NCBI GenBank assembly: GCA_963792585.1
Contig: CAWBWI010000003.1
Span: forward strand, 128,001-192,000
Source of the DNA: Candidatus Eiseniibacteriota bacterium
Lineage (GTDB): Bacteria; Eisenbacteria; RBG-16-71-46; CAIMUX01; VGJL01
Direction: 5' to 3'
DNA: 64,000 nt
The notes beneath the pieces are model-generated. The model worked only from the letters and a program-made list of their open reading frames with translations. It ran no database searches and was not told the DNA's origin. Position 1 is the first letter of the stretch. Each line of letters begins with the position of its first letter. A program made the translations under genes and the position numbers. Of this stretch, positions 63,565 through 64,000 are shown in pieces.

Positions 63565-64000
63565 ATGCCCGAAGCAAGCAAGGCTTCCGGCGGGAATGCC
63601 CGCATCACCTTGAAAGTCAACCTGCTCGAGTCCAAGGGAGCGGAATCGCTCCCTAATGTGGCCGCCTACGCTTTCACCGCGGGGGGCCGGCTGCTTGCCC
63701 GCACGTCGATCGAGGACGGCGGAGGAGAACTGCCCTTCCGCTCGGCTTCGGAGGCAATGAATGTCCGGGTTCTCGTCGGGCCCGACGTGGAAGAGAAGGA
63801 TGTGACGGCTGCGGCCCTGCTCCGTCGCGGCGCAGTGGAACGTCATTTTCGAATCGACCCAAAACAGCTCGTCGGCGATGCGCGGTTCGAGGTGATTCCC
63901 AACGTCTGGCGTTGCTGGATCCGCGGATTCTGCTTCGTCCGTGGCACCTTGCTCAAGCGAGAGGTTCGCGGGGGGATCGCCATCGACCTGCCCGTATGTG
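63565..64000 (+). CDS. Hypothetical protein, partial (runs off window)
   Basis: GGGAG before ATG 63565; open reading MPEASK...WRCWIRGFCFVRGTLLK to the edge. Confidence 0.7.
   Translation, partial: MPEASKASGGNARITLKVNLLESKGAESLPNVAAYAFTAGGRLLARTSIEDGGGELPFRSASEAMNVRVLVGPDVEEKDVTAAALLRRGAVERHFRIDPKQLVGDARFEVIPNVWRCWIRGFCFVRGTLLKREVRGGIAIDLPVC

Overview
High-GC bacterial window. Secreted proteins with a PNP...WDG C-terminal domain, a C25 peptidase and DUF4388 point to an FCB-associated lineage such as Ca. Eisenbacteria (inference only). Bases 1-16.3 kb are an accessory/defence-like island. It holds a DISARM-like DrmD SNF2 helicase, an AT-richer Ser/Thr kinase and a DrmMI-like adenine methyltransferase, with no drmABC in the window, followed by two coupled membrane ORFs, a multi-GAF histidine kinase, a response regulator and, on the other strand, a divergent stand-alone SecY paralog. 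The rest is mostly core and envelope genes: mfd, ftcd, an ABC exporter, nadA, glycosyltransferases, korAB, PTS IIA, pilT plus a degenerate DUF4388-PilT, an M20 peptidase, and an ECF sigma/anti-sigma pair divergent from DUF4331-DUF4198-HupE/UreJ. Five secreted proteins share a T9SS/FlgD-like C-terminal domain. A complete IS1-like element (55071-56442; 22-bp IRs, 9-bp TSD) sits at the M20 stop codon. Several 1-nt frameshifts in homopolymers look like sequencing/assembly errors. I found no rRNA, tRNA or CRISPR array. Family assignments come from motif recognition, not database searches.
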